This document shows positions 27,530-41,488 of a stretch of 64,000 bases of DNA, in pieces; the stretch's first letter is position 1, and each line of letters starts with the position of its first letter. Location: assembly GCA_951406725.2 (NCBI GenBank), contig OX597839.1, positions 8,122,001 through 8,186,000 on the forward strand, read 5' to 3'. Below the pieces are notes generated by a model. It did not search any database. It was not told the origin of the DNA and saw only the letters and a list, made by a program, of their open reading frames with translations. Source of the stretch: Octopus vulgaris. Its lineage: Eukaryota. The position numbers were made by a program, and so were the translations under genes.

Positions 27530-27755
27530 TTCCCTCTCTTTTACTTGTTTCACTCATTTGATTGTGTTCATGCTGGAGCACCACCTTTAGTCGAGCAAAT
27601 CGATCCCAGGACTTATTCTTTGTAAGCCCAGTACTTATTCTATCGGTCTCTTTTGCCGAATCGCTAAGTTACGGTGACGTAAACACACCAGCATCGGTTG
27701 TCAAGCGACGTCGGGGAACAAACACAGACACATAAACGTATACACACGCATACAA

Positions 27756-27788
<33 letters not shown>

Positions 27789-27954
27789 TACGACGGGCTT
27801 CTTTCAATTTCCGTCTGCCAAATCCACTCACAAGGCTTTGGTCGGCCCGAAGATATATTAGAAGACACCTGCTCAAGGTGCCACGCAAAGGGACTGAACC
27901 AGTAACCATATGGTTCGTAAGCAAGCTACTTACCACACAGCCACTCCTGCGCCT
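27530..27954 (-). mobile_element. Full SINE family C
   Basis: Head GGCGCAGGAGTGGCTGTGTGGTAAG, internal (TA)/(TG) tract, tail. Confidence 0.92.
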
Positions 27955-27979
27955 ATATATATATATATATAAAGATAGG

Positions 27980-28041
<62 letters not shown>

Positions 28042-28409
28042 ATTAACAGACAAATGCATAGATAGACATAGGCGTGAGTGTGTCTGTGGATGTACCTGTG
28101 TGCGTGCGTGTGCTCCATGATGGCCGTGTTGATGTGATCTCTGTATTTGTCGGGGTGGGTGAATCTTTGTGCCCTCAGTGATGTATCCATGTGTGCAGAT
28201 GTGTTTCTGTATGTGTGTATATCTGTGTGCGTATGTGATTGACTAACATACATACAGGTGGTGTATGCTGGAATGTGGCTACGAGTATAGTTATTAATTT
28301 GTGCGTCTGTGTGTCATTACATTGATTTAAACGTAAGAATTTGAGCGTCTGTTTGTCTGTGCGTGTGTCTAACTTAACATTTCTCAATACAGAAAAACTA
28401 AATATAAAT

Positions 28410-28658
28410 CGACGTAAGGGGTATCAGCCATCTGAATGTGGCTAGGCACTGGGTGGGTGGTGGTGGGGGGTTACTGATGCTTTTAGCCCCAGGCGGTCAA
28501 CGTCACCAGAAGGACTTTAGACACTATCTCAGTGTCCTTGAGATAGTGTCTACAGTCCTTCTGGTGACGTTGATCGCCTGGGGCTAAAAGCATCAGTAAC
28601 ACCCCACCACCACCCCCAGTGCCTAGCCACATTCAGATGGCTGATACCCCTTACGTTG
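28410..28658. repeat. Long near-perfect palindrome, ~120-bp arms, 7-nt loop
   Basis: CGACGTAAGGGGTATCAGCC...GACACTATCTCA-GTGTCCT-TGAGATAGTGTC...GGCTGATACCCCTTACGTTG. Confidence 0.97.
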
Positions 28659-29147
28659 TCGAGCAGTTACTGTTTATATCTCGTTCAGAGATTTATTATT
28701 GTTTTAAATATAAATCTTCCAGCTTAAAACCCTATTATCCCATCTGAGGAGTCTTCTATGCACTGTGCGTTGCATCTGCTGTTATTGTATTGCTCCACGC
28801 TCACAAGGGAGCAGCGCATCTTGAAGATGAAACAATTGTTGTGGCAATATAAATTTTTTTGTTGGTACATTCCGTCTTTTTTTATCTTTAATATATACCC
28901 AACAAAGAAGCTGGACTTATTACAACGATATTTGCTAAATATCGCTGATGATGCCTGGTAGCCATAAATGGTGAATGTGCTCTGTGGATACACGACTGAA
29001 ACTTACCCTGAAATAAGGATTCAAAACTGTGTTTAACGCATATTTTCTTAACCTTAATTCTTTAATCTTATATGTGTGTGTGTGCGTACGTGTGTGTGTA
29101 TGTGCGTACGTGTGTGTATGAGAGAGAGAGAGTGTGTGTGTGTGTTT

Positions 29148-29192
<45 letters not shown>

Positions 29193-29254
29193 TGTGTGTG
29201 TGAGTGTGCGCGTGTAGCTTGACCGCTAAATCTACATGTTTGTCTAATCTCTCT

Positions 29255-29405
29255 CATTTATTTCCTCTCATTCCTTTCCGTTGAAGAGCCTAGGCTCGAA
29301 ACGTAAAAAACTTTCTCACTTTCCCAAGCGTCAAACTATTACACCTGCTTGTTGTTCATACACCTGTCTTCGTCTTTTGTGTTTCTCTGAATTTCAACAA
29401 TATAC
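29255..29405 (+). mobile_element. Family H copy 3
   Basis: CTTT-CCGTTGA-A-GAGCCTAGGCTC-GAAAC-GTA-AAAA. Confidence 0.72.
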
Positions 29406-29898
29406 ATATGTGTGTGTGTGTTTGTGTGTATGTGTCTTTGTGTGTGTGTGTGTGTGTGTGCGTGTGTATGCGTGTGTGTAAAAATGTATGTATATACTAA
29501 GATATTTCAACTTTATATTTTTCCAGATTTAACCAGCGAACAACGAGGAAGAATTTCATTTTACTACAACAGAAATTCACGGAGGACTCCTTCTTGCTCT
29601 GCGACAGAAATTGTAAGAACAAACAGTTTTATTTTTCTCTCCATTTTTTTTTTTTTTCTATTTCGCCCTCTTTTTATAAAAACTCAATATCACTGAAATT
29701 TCAAACGTATATTTGTCATGATCTTCATCGAACATTTAAACTTATATTAATATCTATCTGTGAAACTCGCTGAAGTTTCTCTGGACATTTGAAGATTTGA
29801 TCGTTTAAACATGATTTTTCGAATTTTTCCTAATACATTTAAACTCTCCTAAACTGCTTATTTATTTATTCATTTATTTACTATATATAGACAAAACG

Positions 29899-30290
29899 TG
29901 GAGGCGCAATGGCCCAGTGGTTAGGGCAGCGGACTCGAGGTCATAGGATCGCGGTTTCGATTCCCAGACCGGGCGTTGTGAGTGTTTATTGAGCAAAAAC
30001 ACCTAAAGCTCCACGAGACTCCGGCAGGAGATGGTGGTGATCCCTGCTGTACTCTTTCACCACAACTTTCTCTCACTCTTACTTCCTGTTTCTGTTGTAC
30101 CTGTATTTCAAAGGGCCGGCCTTGTCACTCTCTGTGTCACGCTGAATATCTCCGAGAACTATGTTAAGGGTACACGTGTCTGTGGAGTGCTCAGCCACTT
30201 ACACGTTAATTTCACGAGTAGGCTGTTCCGTTGATTCGGATCAACCGGAACCCTCGTCGTCGTAACCGACGGAGTGCTTCCATCCATCCA
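29899..30290 (+). mobile_element. Full SINE family R, tail type 2, with TSD
   Basis: ATAGACAAAAC duplicated at 29887 and 30290; (CATC)n end. Confidence 0.93.
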
Positions 30291-30739
30291 TAGACAAAAC
30301 ATTGTCGAAACCGCTTTGGAATTTGAATATTACCAAATTTTAAAAGCGACATGCTTTCAGATTCAGGAGCATTTTCAAACCCCAAAACAAATTCTATATT
30401 CTTTCCTACTTGGGAACACACTTCCTTTCTCAACACACACAAGAACACACACACACACACACACACACACGTACATAAATTCACATGTATATTATTTTAA
30501 TTTGTATTTCATTCGATTTTATATTCTATTTTAGAATTAGTCACTTTTAACTGGTATAGCGTTTATATACACTTGCTAACCATATGCGTGTGTTTGTGTG
30601 TGTCACAAATGTATACAAATATATGCGTGTTTGTGTGTGTATGTGTGCATGTGTGTGTGTGCATATGTATATATGTGTGTGTACATATATATGCGTATAT
30701 ATATACATATATATATATCTATACCTATCTATCTCTCCA

Positions 30740-31272
<533 letters not shown>

Positions 31273-31761
31273 TAAATCATGTCTCATTCAGTCACAAACC
31301 AAGGTTTAAGAGGAAGGGAGATTAACCGTCTTTTAGTGAATGGAAGCGTCTGTATATATTCAACGATAGTTCTTCCTAAGCGTTCTGTTTATATTAAACA
31401 TAGCTTATGCAAGTCTGGTTTCTCGGCAATAAATTCTAAGAAGCTATCATTAATTTTTAGTTATGTTACTTTTTATATAATTTCATATGTAATCTTCAGA
31501 CTAGTTTACATATGTGTCTTTATGCTTCTAAATTAATTTTTCTCAGACTATAGGTTAATGCTACAACTGCCGTTGTGTTAATGCCAATTATTTTGCAGCT
31601 TGTTTCATCATTTATCTCTCTAGTTACGATGGAGCTGATATAATTACAGAACACACGATTTTGATTTATAATCTTAGCATGTTTGTACGATGGAGCATTT
31701 TTGTATAAAGATCTTCGAATACTTGTTTGACTTTCGTCTTCGTCGTCCTCGTCTTTCTCTT

Positions 31762-31796
<35 letters not shown>

Positions 31797-31956
31797 TTCT
31801 CTTTCTCTCTTTTTCTCTTTCTCTCTCTCTCTATATATATATATTAGCCCTGAGTGAGCGTTCGTCACTTGTGAGCCTCTCTCCAAAAACAACATGGTAA
31901 CGCTTCAGCACCCACCGTTTTCGTCAGATTTAGCATCAGTATACATCCCTCTCAAA

Positions 31957-32640
31957 TGGAGGCACATGGCTTTGTGGTTAGAGCAGCGGACTCGCGGTCG
32001 AGGGGTCGCGGGTTCGAATTTCAAACTGTAAAAGATAACTCCATGCTATAGTTGATGGAATTATGTAATCTGTGGATTCTGGAAACTTTCCGTTTCATAC
32101 ACTGAATTTATGTCATGTATTATACATTATGTGGAAGCACATGGCCTAGTGGTTTGAGCATCGGACGCGCGGTCGAATTATCGCGGGTTCGAATCTCAAA
32201 CTGGGTGATGTGTGTGTTTATGAGCGAAACACCTAAGCTCCACGTGTCTCCGGCAGAAAGTAATGGCGAACTTCTGCTGACTCTTTCGCCACAACTTTCT
32301 CTCACTCTTTCCTTCTGCATCTTGCAGCTCACCTGCAACGGACCGGCGTCCCGTCCAGGTGGGGAACCTATGCTCCAAGGAAACCGGGAAACCGGCCCTA
32401 TGAGCCAGGCATGGCTCGAGAAGGAACAAACAACAACAGCAATATATGATCCACTTACAAGATATATATATATATATATATATGATCCGGAGGCACATGG
32501 CCTAGTGGTTAGAGCAGCGGACTCGCGGTCGTGAGATCGCGGGTTCGAATCTCAGACAGGGCGGTGTGTGTGTGTTTAACACCTAAGCTCCACGCAGCTC
32601 CGGCAGATGGTAATGGCGAACTTCTGCTGACTCTTTCGAG
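31957..32640 (+). mobile_element. Cluster of three family R SINEs (head 31957-32026; full tail-3 copy 32131-32440; partial 32489-32640)
   Basis: Repeated GCACATGGCCTAGTGGTTAGAGCAGCGGACTCGCGGTCG-type heads. Confidence 0.85.
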
Positions 32641-32657
32641 AAAGAACAAACAATAGA

Positions 32658-32850
32658 TTTCTCTCGTCCCCAAAATGAGAATTCAGTTCATAGGTCACCG
32701 TTTTAACAGAGTTGTCCAGATCAAGATTGAATTGCAGTAGGTCCTGGACTTGCTTCCGGAAAATAACTTCCAGGTCGGATTCCAAAAAGTGGCTGGAACG
32801 CTGGGACCAGAGTATTGCGGCACAAGGTGACTCTTTCGAAGATGATGTGA
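32658..32850 (+). pseudogene. Mariner transposase C-terminal remnant
   Basis: With frameshifts reads GHRFNRVVQIK...NFQVGFQKWLERWDQSIAAQGDSFEDD, like the mariner GRRF...W..RW.KCI...GDYFE ending. Confidence 0.75.
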
Positions 32851-32894
32851 AAACTTAACTAAATAAGTTAGCTTTTATTAAACTTAACTAGACC

Positions 32895-33112
32895 CTCTTT
32901 TACTCTTTTACTTGTTTCAATCATTTGACTGTGGCCATGCTGGAGCACCGCCTTTAGTCGAGCAAATCGAACCCAGGGCTTATTTTTTTGGAAGCCTAGT
33001 ACTTATTCTATCGGCCCTTTTGCGGAATCGCTAAGTTACGGGGATGTAAACACACCACCATCGGTTGTCAAGCAATGTTGTGGGGACAAACACAGACACA
33101 CAAACATACACT

Positions 33113-33192
<80 letters not shown>

Positions 33193-33362
33193 TATATACG
33201 ACGGGATTCTTTCAGCTTCCGTCTACCAAATACACTCACAAAGCTTTGTTCGGCCCGAAGCTATAGTAGAAGACACTTGCCCAAGGTGCCACGCAGTGGG
33301 AATGAACCCGGGACCGTGTGGTTCGTAAGCAAGCTAGTTACGACACAGCCACTGCTGCGCCT
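32895..33362 (-). mobile_element. Full SINE family C
   Basis: Matches 41276-41720. Confidence 0.92.
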
Positions 33363-34109
33363 GCTTACCACACAGTCACTGATATACATGTATATATACA
33401 CAAACACACACAGACACACACACGCATGCGCGCGCTCAAAGCCACCTTCAAACAGACGTACAAAACGTAAGCAATGGCTGCCACTCAACGAAAGGTGATT
33501 TAACATTGAGTAACAGGAACATGAACTTCTCGATTAATATTAGTGCTAGTGAGAAGTTTGTACCTCTCTCTCAATCCCTCTTACTTTCCCTCTCTTTCTC
33601 TCTCCATATCTTCCTCTCCCCCTCTCACTCCGTCTGTTCGTATTGACACAGACACATCCACTTCACACTTCTGTTAATTAATATGTCCGTATCGCTAATG
33701 CTCACTATTCAGCCCCGTTTCATTCACTAGTGGCCATTGTTTATGTAGTGATAAACTTTTAGCCAGCCGTGCTATTTGTCAGTGTTTCGAATCCCACCGG
33801 GAGTTCCGTTTGTAAAACCAATATTTTTATTTATTTTCTTATCATATTTACTCTTCTCTCCTGCTCTCCTTCTCACAATAAGTCTCTTTACAATCTTCGT
33901 TTTCTCTTTCCCTTCTCACCTCCACTCTACCCACTTTTCTCTTTATATCTTTTGTTTGTCTTTCATTTCTCTTGAAACGTAAATCGAAGTACTCAACGCA
34001 ATTACTCTATTTCTGAACTTGTTAGCTGCGAACAATGACCGTCTGTCTACTGCAGGGTTAACCGATATTTTTCATACAATGTTCCACGAGGAATACTCTC
34101 TGTTTCCAT

Positions 34110-34538
34110 ACATGTGTGTGTGTGTGTCTGTGTATGAGTACATACACATGTACATGTATATATATATGCATATGTATATATATGTGTACATATATATCTA
34201 TGTATATATATTCACATGCATGTATATATTTACATTATACATATATATGTATATACATATATATATGCATATATATGTATATATACATATATGTGTGTTT
34301 ATATAAATATATATATACATGTGTGTATGTGTGTGTGTGCGCATATATATATGTATGTATATATATATGTATATATATGTATGTATGTATATATATGTAT
34401 GTATGTATATATATACATACATACATATATATATACATATATATATATACATATATATACATATATATACATATATATATATACATACATATATATATAC
34501 ACACATATATATATGTATATATATATATACATATATAC

Positions 34539-34593
<55 letters not shown>

Positions 34594-34596
34594 TAT

Positions 34597-34659
<63 letters not shown>

Positions 34660-35109
34660 CGTGTCCACTTTTTTCCCATTACATTCTCTCTGACGCCCAT
34701 CCAAAGGCTCCTTATTTTCGTTTATTTTATTTTATAATATCATTGTATATAACTTTATATATATATATATATATTTGTATATTTTTACTTTAATTTTTCT
34801 CCCTTTCCTGTTTGTAACCGTTCAAATCCCGCTAATGTAGTAACTTTCTCTTCCTGTTGAGAAAATTATTTTCAATGTACTTCCGGCATATCCGAATGTG
34901 ACCTCCATATGTAAATATATGTAAATATATTGACCTTTCCACAATTCCCCGAACATACTTTAATTTAGATTTCACTTATTTGCTATATTTTTTTTGTTTT
35001 GCTTTTCCCTATCCTTCATTACCTATCTGTATTTCGAAATCATCATCATCATCATCATCATCATCGTCGTCATTATCATCATCATCATCATCATCATTAT
35101 TATTATTAA

Positions 35110-35160
<51 letters not shown>

Positions 35161-35215
35161 TATTATTATTATTACTATTATTATTATCATTATTATTTTT
35201 ATTATTATTATTAAG

Positions 35216-35262
<47 letters not shown>

Positions 35263-35270
35263 CATTATTA

Positions 35271-35316
<46 letters not shown>

Positions 35317-35331
35317 CATTATTTCTAATAC

Positions 35332-35377
<46 letters not shown>

Positions 35378-35416
35378 CATCATTATTTCTAATACTTATT
35401 ATTATTATTATTATTA

Positions 35417-35453
<37 letters not shown>

Positions 35454-35465
35454 CATTATTATTAC
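34110..35465. repeat. (TA/TACA)n (34110-34655) and (CAT)/(ATT)n (35040-35465) microsatellites
   Basis: Directly visible. Confidence 0.9.
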
Positions 35466-35947
35466 TAGTGACCGCACACTTTTCTCAGACCTTTCTCTCC
35501 ACCTCTTTTCTTCCCACCTTCTTCTTTACGATCATGTTTGTGCTAATGTTGTTGATCGTATTTGCAGTCTTGTCCTTGTTGAAGCCAGTTTGCAACGGAT
35601 TTGCAATCTACTTCCGCAATGTGACAGAGGAGATATAGCTAAACGGGAAGATTAGCATATAAGTCAATATGTGTGTGTATATGTGTGTGTGCTTGAGTGA
35701 GTGTCAACACGCGATTATTTGTTTGTTTGTGTGTGTGTGTTAGTGTGTGTACGTATGTGTGTATGAACGTATGTATGTGTCTAAAGAAAGAGGATGGAAG
35801 GGTGGTTAAGACGTTGAATTTGTTCATAATAACGAAGGTTCCAGGTTCGATATCAACATGGGGTTATTTTGGCTGAGTATCTTCACCAGAATTTTTGGAT
35901 GATTTGTAGCATATTGTGATTGGAGTTCAATACATACGCACACATAT

Positions 35948-36000
<53 letters not shown>

Positions 36001-36049
36001 TCTTTTTTAGGGGTAAAAAAAAATTATGAATAATGTCGTGTATACATTG

Positions 36050-36258
36050 ATTTCAAGTTTTGGCACAAGGCCAACAGTTATGAGGGTGGGATAACTCGAC
36101 TGCATCGACCCAGCAGTAAACAGGAACACATTTCATCGACCACGAAAGGGTGAAAAGCAAGGTGAACCATTGTGGAATTTGAACTCAGAACGTAAGGACG
36201 ACAAAATTTCGCTAAGCATCTTGCCCAATGTGTAACAATTCTACCAGTTCGCTACCTA

Positions 36259-36297
<39 letters not shown>

Positions 36298-36420
36298 CCT
36301 TTTTACTATAGGCACAAGGCCTGAAATTTTGGGAGAGGGGTATAATCGATTATATCGACCCCAGTACTCATCTGGTACTTATTTTATCGACCCAACAAGG
36401 ATGAAAGGCAAATAGACCTC
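36050..36420 (-). mobile_element. Two SINE family M copies (tail b) flanking (AAT)n
   Basis: GGCACAAGGCC...ATCGACCC...GAAAAGCAAGG/GATGAAAGGC. Confidence 0.75.
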
Positions 36421-36514
36421 TAATGGGGTATTTGCCATTAAAGGGGCGATAATATTTTCTCTGTTAAAGTAGAGATAATCATTTCTCTGTTATATATACG
36501 ACGGAAGTTAAAAG

Positions 36515-36911
36515 CTCTCTTTACTCTTTACTTTTTTACTTGTTTCAGTCATTTGACTGCGGCCATGCTGGAGCACCGCCTTTTAGTCGAGCAAATCGAC
36601 CCCGGGACTTATTCTTTGTAAGCCTAGTACTTATTCTATCGGTACTTATTCTATCTGTTTTGCCGAACCGCTAAGTGACGGGGACGTAAACACACCAGCA
36701 TCGGTTGTCAAGCAATGCTAGGGGGACAAACACACACACATATATATATACAGGCTTCTTTCAGTTTCCGTCTACCAAATCCTCTCACAAGGCATTGGTC
36801 GACCCGGGGCTATAGCAGAAGATACTTGCCCAAGATGCCACGTAGTGGGACTGAACCCGGAACTATGTGGTTCGTAAGCAAGCTACTTACCACACAGCCA
36901 CTCCTGCGCCT
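36515..36911 (-). mobile_element. Full SINE family C
   Basis: Matches 41276-41720. Confidence 0.92.
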
Positions 36912-37053
36912 ATCTACATTTTCGCCATAACATATCCTTATTATTGTCACACTGCCTTCTGCGCATGCGTGCTTATAGTCGGTACTGTTGTGATTACGTG
37001 ATCGAAGTTTGAGCCTCACCACGCATATTTTCGTTCTGGTTTTACAGTAAAAA

Positions 37054-37320
37054 CATGACCGCTCCACTAGTGATGTTCATCAAAGAAGAACAAAGAGCAG
37101 TGATCCGAGAGCTTGCTGAATCTTCTCGTCATTGGCAGAGGTTGGCGGGCATCCTGCTCTCTTTTCTTGCGTCACGCTTGTCCGGCCACTTTTAAACTTC
37201 TCGATCCACTCACAAACATTCATACGAGATAGTGCACTGTCCCATATTCTGCTAAAAGCCTCCGATGAACTTCAAAACCTGGCACACCTTTTGACCAGAG
37301 AAGTCGGATCATTGCTCTTG
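37054..37320. pseudogene. Mariner transposase N-terminal remnant with internal inversion
   Basis: Plus strand MTAPLVMFIKEEQRAVIR; minus strand RAMIRLLWSKGV...EVHRRLLAEYG..ALSRMNVCEWIEKFKSGRTSV (HTH region). Confidence 0.75.
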
Positions 37321-37457
37321 ATATATGTATATATACATTTATATATATAAATATATATGTAAGTCCAGTAAAATTTAGATTCAGATGAATATGGTACTTA
37401 AGTTAAAGGCACCAGAATTTTGTAGGGTTTTATCCATATAAATCAAATGGGGTAATT

Positions 37458-37587
37458 ATAATCAAAATTAGCAACAAGGCTATCCAAGGTAGTGTAGTAA
37501 AATCGTTTCATGCTACTTCATTTTATTAAACACTGTAAGTATTACATCAGTACTACACTACCTTGGATATCCTTTTTACTTATTTTG

Positions 37588-37592
<5 letters not shown>
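37458..37592. mobile_element. Second copy of the 12735 element with ~40-bp inverted ends; hammerhead 5' half lost
   Basis: Shared core TCGTTTCATGCTACTTCATTTTATTAAACACTGTAAGTATTACATCAG. Confidence 0.75.
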
Positions 37593-37649
<57 letters not shown>

Positions 37650-37650
<1 letters not shown>

Positions 37651-38490
37651 TATTCAAAGGAATTCCAACTCTGTCTGTTTTTTTTATGTTTTATTTATAT
37701 TCTTTATAATATTAATGTAGAATATAGAATATATAGTATAAATAGTATATATAGTAAAATGAAATGAAGTATTGATTGTCTTATTGAATAGATCAAATAT
37801 TGAATATCAAATATTAAGAGACTAGTATACTTTCTTGCATTTAAGCAGCCTTCAAGGTCCCAGGATGTGACAGGAATGTTTCAACTGTACTTGGCTGGCT
37901 GTCTTTTGTTCTTTATATACGTTCCTGTGGACAGCAGTAGTAGTTGCTTGGCTAATTTTTAGAGATGATGCCAAACCATTTTTCAATGTTTATTTTTAGA
38001 AATGATGACAGCAGTACGTTTTAGAGATTTTTTGTGTTTTAGTTATAGGGATAAGATTTTTAAACCCCAAATAAGTTTAATTTAATCACTGTTTGTTAAG
38101 CTTGGGTTTGAATTTCATAATAAAGTCCTTTTCTCTCAGTTTTCTCGCAATTTCATTCAGGTTGTAAAGTTTATGAAATGGGAATATCATAGAAGTTTTC
38201 CGATCACATGTTGCCAAATGGTTACTCAGTGGTATTTGGCGGACTTCTGGTTTCCAATTTGTTGTCGATGCACACGTGAGCGTTCTCAAAGTGCATTACC
38301 TGTCTAGCCAACATACAGTTCTTCACAATTTGGGCATTTGATGCAGTAGATTAAATTTCTGCTTTTGCAGTTCGTGTTCGCGTTTGTGAATATTTTCCCT
38401 GTTTTTGTGTTTAAAAACGTATAAAAATATATAACTAAAACATATGTATAAATAAAACATAAAAAACAGAGTTGGAATTCCTTTGAATAA
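37650..38490 (-). mobile_element. Penelope-like element fragment with inverted terminal segments, inserted in (TA)n
   Basis: TTATTCAAAGGAATTCCAACTCTG at 37650 is inverted at 38467-38490; GIY-YIG remnant inside. Confidence 0.75.
38086..38385 (-). pseudogene. Penelope GIY-YIG endonuclease remnant
   Basis: NCKSRNLIYCIKCPNCEELYVG*TGNAL*ERSRVHRQQI, frameshift, then PLSNHLATC...REKDFIMKFKPKLN. Confidence 0.85.
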
Positions 38491-38523
38491 TATATATCCC
38501 TCTATACACAATCATACAAACCC

Positions 38524-38576
<53 letters not shown>

Positions 38577-38578
38577 TA

Positions 38579-38613
<35 letters not shown>

Positions 38614-38734
38614 AAGTATTGTAAGTATGTATGTATATATGCATGTATGTATGTACGTACGTATGTACGTATATATATATATATATATGGAAAATAGTCT
38701 TTACTTTAAACAACTGTTACTAAATATCTCTCTT

Positions 38735-38802
38735 TGAGATTTCAACCCGCGATCCCTCGATCGCGAGTCTGCTGCTCTAACCACTAGGCCATGTACCTCC
38801 AC
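38735..38802 (-). mobile_element. SINE family R head only
   Basis: TGGAGGTACATGGCCTAGTGGTTAGAGCAGC. Confidence 0.75.
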
Positions 38803-39225
38803 TATTCATTGTAATCAGGTGGGTCAAAACTCTGTCAGTTTGGCATCAAATTCTACCAATATATCAAAACAGACTCCGAACCTTCTTTACCTTTACGTTT
38901 CGTGGAAATTGTATGCACGTTTAAAAGTTTGGAACATTGATGATCTTCATTTCTCGTCGACCACTACTAACATTATTAAATTTTGTACATTTACACGAAA
39001 TGATCAATAGTTTTATATTACTCATTATTAACATTTAACCTTGTCAATATTCAAACTTTGAAATATGTTTTTTCTTATTCATAGTTCTAAATTTGTTGAA
39101 ACTATTTTGGGATATATGTAAATCAATTCATTTTAAAACAATTACAAGTTTTTTTTCAAATTTGGGTACATTTTCAACAACAAATTTGACTATATTTTTT
39201 CCTGCCGGAAATGCACCCCCTCTTT

Positions 39226-39273
<48 letters not shown>

Positions 39274-39327
39274 TAGTATTTCAAAATTGAATTCTTTTTC
39301 CTTGTAAGTTTGGATTCCCTCAAATAA

Positions 39328-39398
<71 letters not shown>

Positions 39399-39645
39399 AT
39401 GTATTATCCTTACTTTATATGTAAAAAAACTTCTTGCACAGGCATTGCAGGATAACAATATTGATTATGCTTCGTGCAATTTATACTATGATAACGAGGG
39501 GCAGCCACCGTGTATATATGTTTTATATATATATATATATGGATAGATAGATAGATAGTTAGATAGATATATACATAAATATATATACACACATACATAT
39601 ATATCGACACATATGTATTCACTTACATACATAATACACACACAC

Positions 39646-39692
<47 letters not shown>

Positions 39693-39933
39693 AGTGGCAC
39701 TCTCCAAACACAGCACACACAGATCAATTCAGTGGCAAGTAGAACTGATTGACACACGTACAAGACATATACAGAAATACAGAGAAACACAAACACATTC
39801 GTATAAGCCACGCTCGTACTATTGCTTCCACGCCATTATCTCTCGGCCAATTATTTAGGTGTCGCTCTGAATCAGCAGTTTGATCGTTCATGTCAGCATT
39901 AAATAACACCTCGAATTAACATCACGCACACAC

Positions 39934-39969
<36 letters not shown>

Positions 39970-40076
39970 AGGCACACATACACGCACATGCACGCGCATA
40001 TAGCACATATAGACACAGGCACACGCTGACACATACGCATTTGTGTACAAACGCACATGCGTGTGTATATATATAC

Positions 40077-40118
<42 letters not shown>

Positions 40119-40162
40119 GCGTATAAATATATATGTGTGTGTGCGCGCACACATACATGGCT

Positions 40163-40208
<46 letters not shown>

Positions 40209-40647
40209 AATATATATACACGTATATATACACACACATATATAGATAGATGGATAGACAGAGAAAAAGATAGACAAACATATGTATGTATGTATGTATG
40301 TATGTATGAATGTATGTATGTATGTATGTATGCATGTATGAGGTACGGGAACAGACAGAACGCACACATATACAGAGGCATATCTCGTGCGGGCATACAC
40401 AGGAGATCCTCACACACTCACACAGTCATACACATACATACATACATCTACATCCACAAGCTGCATACGCCATCAATAATCTCATCCAAGCGTTACATAT
40501 GAACCCATAATTATATATATACACACATGCCACAAACACACATATACACACACGTGCCTGTAACACAGCACACTTTCACATACGCCACACAACTAATCTA
40601 AGTAACGCTTACAAATCTATGCACATACACTGAAACATGTTAACACA

Positions 40648-40722
<75 letters not shown>

Positions 40723-40962
40723 ACACAATCACATATACAAACACTCAGGCGAATCAAATCAGTCTTGCACCTCTTCTAGTAACTGGATCAACGGAACAAA
40801 CTATCCATTAATTTAACGCCTAAGTGGCTGAGTATACCAAGGAGACATATACCATTAACGTAAATCTCAGTATGTTGTTTGTTCGTCTGTGCGTGTGTGT
40901 GTGAGTGTATTTGAAATATTTGAATATGTATATATGTGTTTGTGTGTTTGCATGTGTATGTG

Positions 40963-40997
<35 letters not shown>

Positions 40998-40999
<2 letters not shown>

Positions 41000-41210
41000 G
41001 CGAGCTGGCAGAATCGTTAGCACTCCTGGTGAAAGGCTTAGTGGTATTTCGTCCGCCGCTACGTTCTGAGTTCAAATTCCGCCGAGGTCGACTTTGCATT
41101 TCATCCTTATGGGATCGATTAAACAAGTACCAGTTACGCACTGGGATCGATGTAATCGACTTTATCCCTTTGTCCTTGTTTGCCCCCTCCGTGTTTAGCC
41201 TGCTGTGCGC

Positions 41211-41212
<2 letters not shown>
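40998..41212 (+). mobile_element. SINE family M, tail a
   Basis: GGCGAGCTGGCAGAATCGTTAGC...GAGTTCAAATTCCGCCGAGGTCGACTTTGC. Confidence 0.88.
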
Positions 41213-41246
<34 letters not shown>

Positions 41247-41249
<3 letters not shown>

Positions 41250-41441
41250 AGTGGCTGTGTGGTAAGTAGCTATATAGGCGCAGGAGTGGCTGTGTGGTAA
41301 GTAGCTTGTTTATCAACCACATGGTTCCGGGTTCAGTCCCACTGCGTGGCACCTTGGGCAAGTGTCTTCTACTATAGCATCAGGCCGACCAAAGCCTTGT
41401 GAGTGGATTTGGTAGACAGAAACTTAAAGAAGCCCGTCGTA

Positions 41442-41488
<47 letters not shown>

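Noticed and set aside
28724-28993. 89-aa ORF next to the palindrome
   Set aside because: No recognisable motif; cannot be supported without a search
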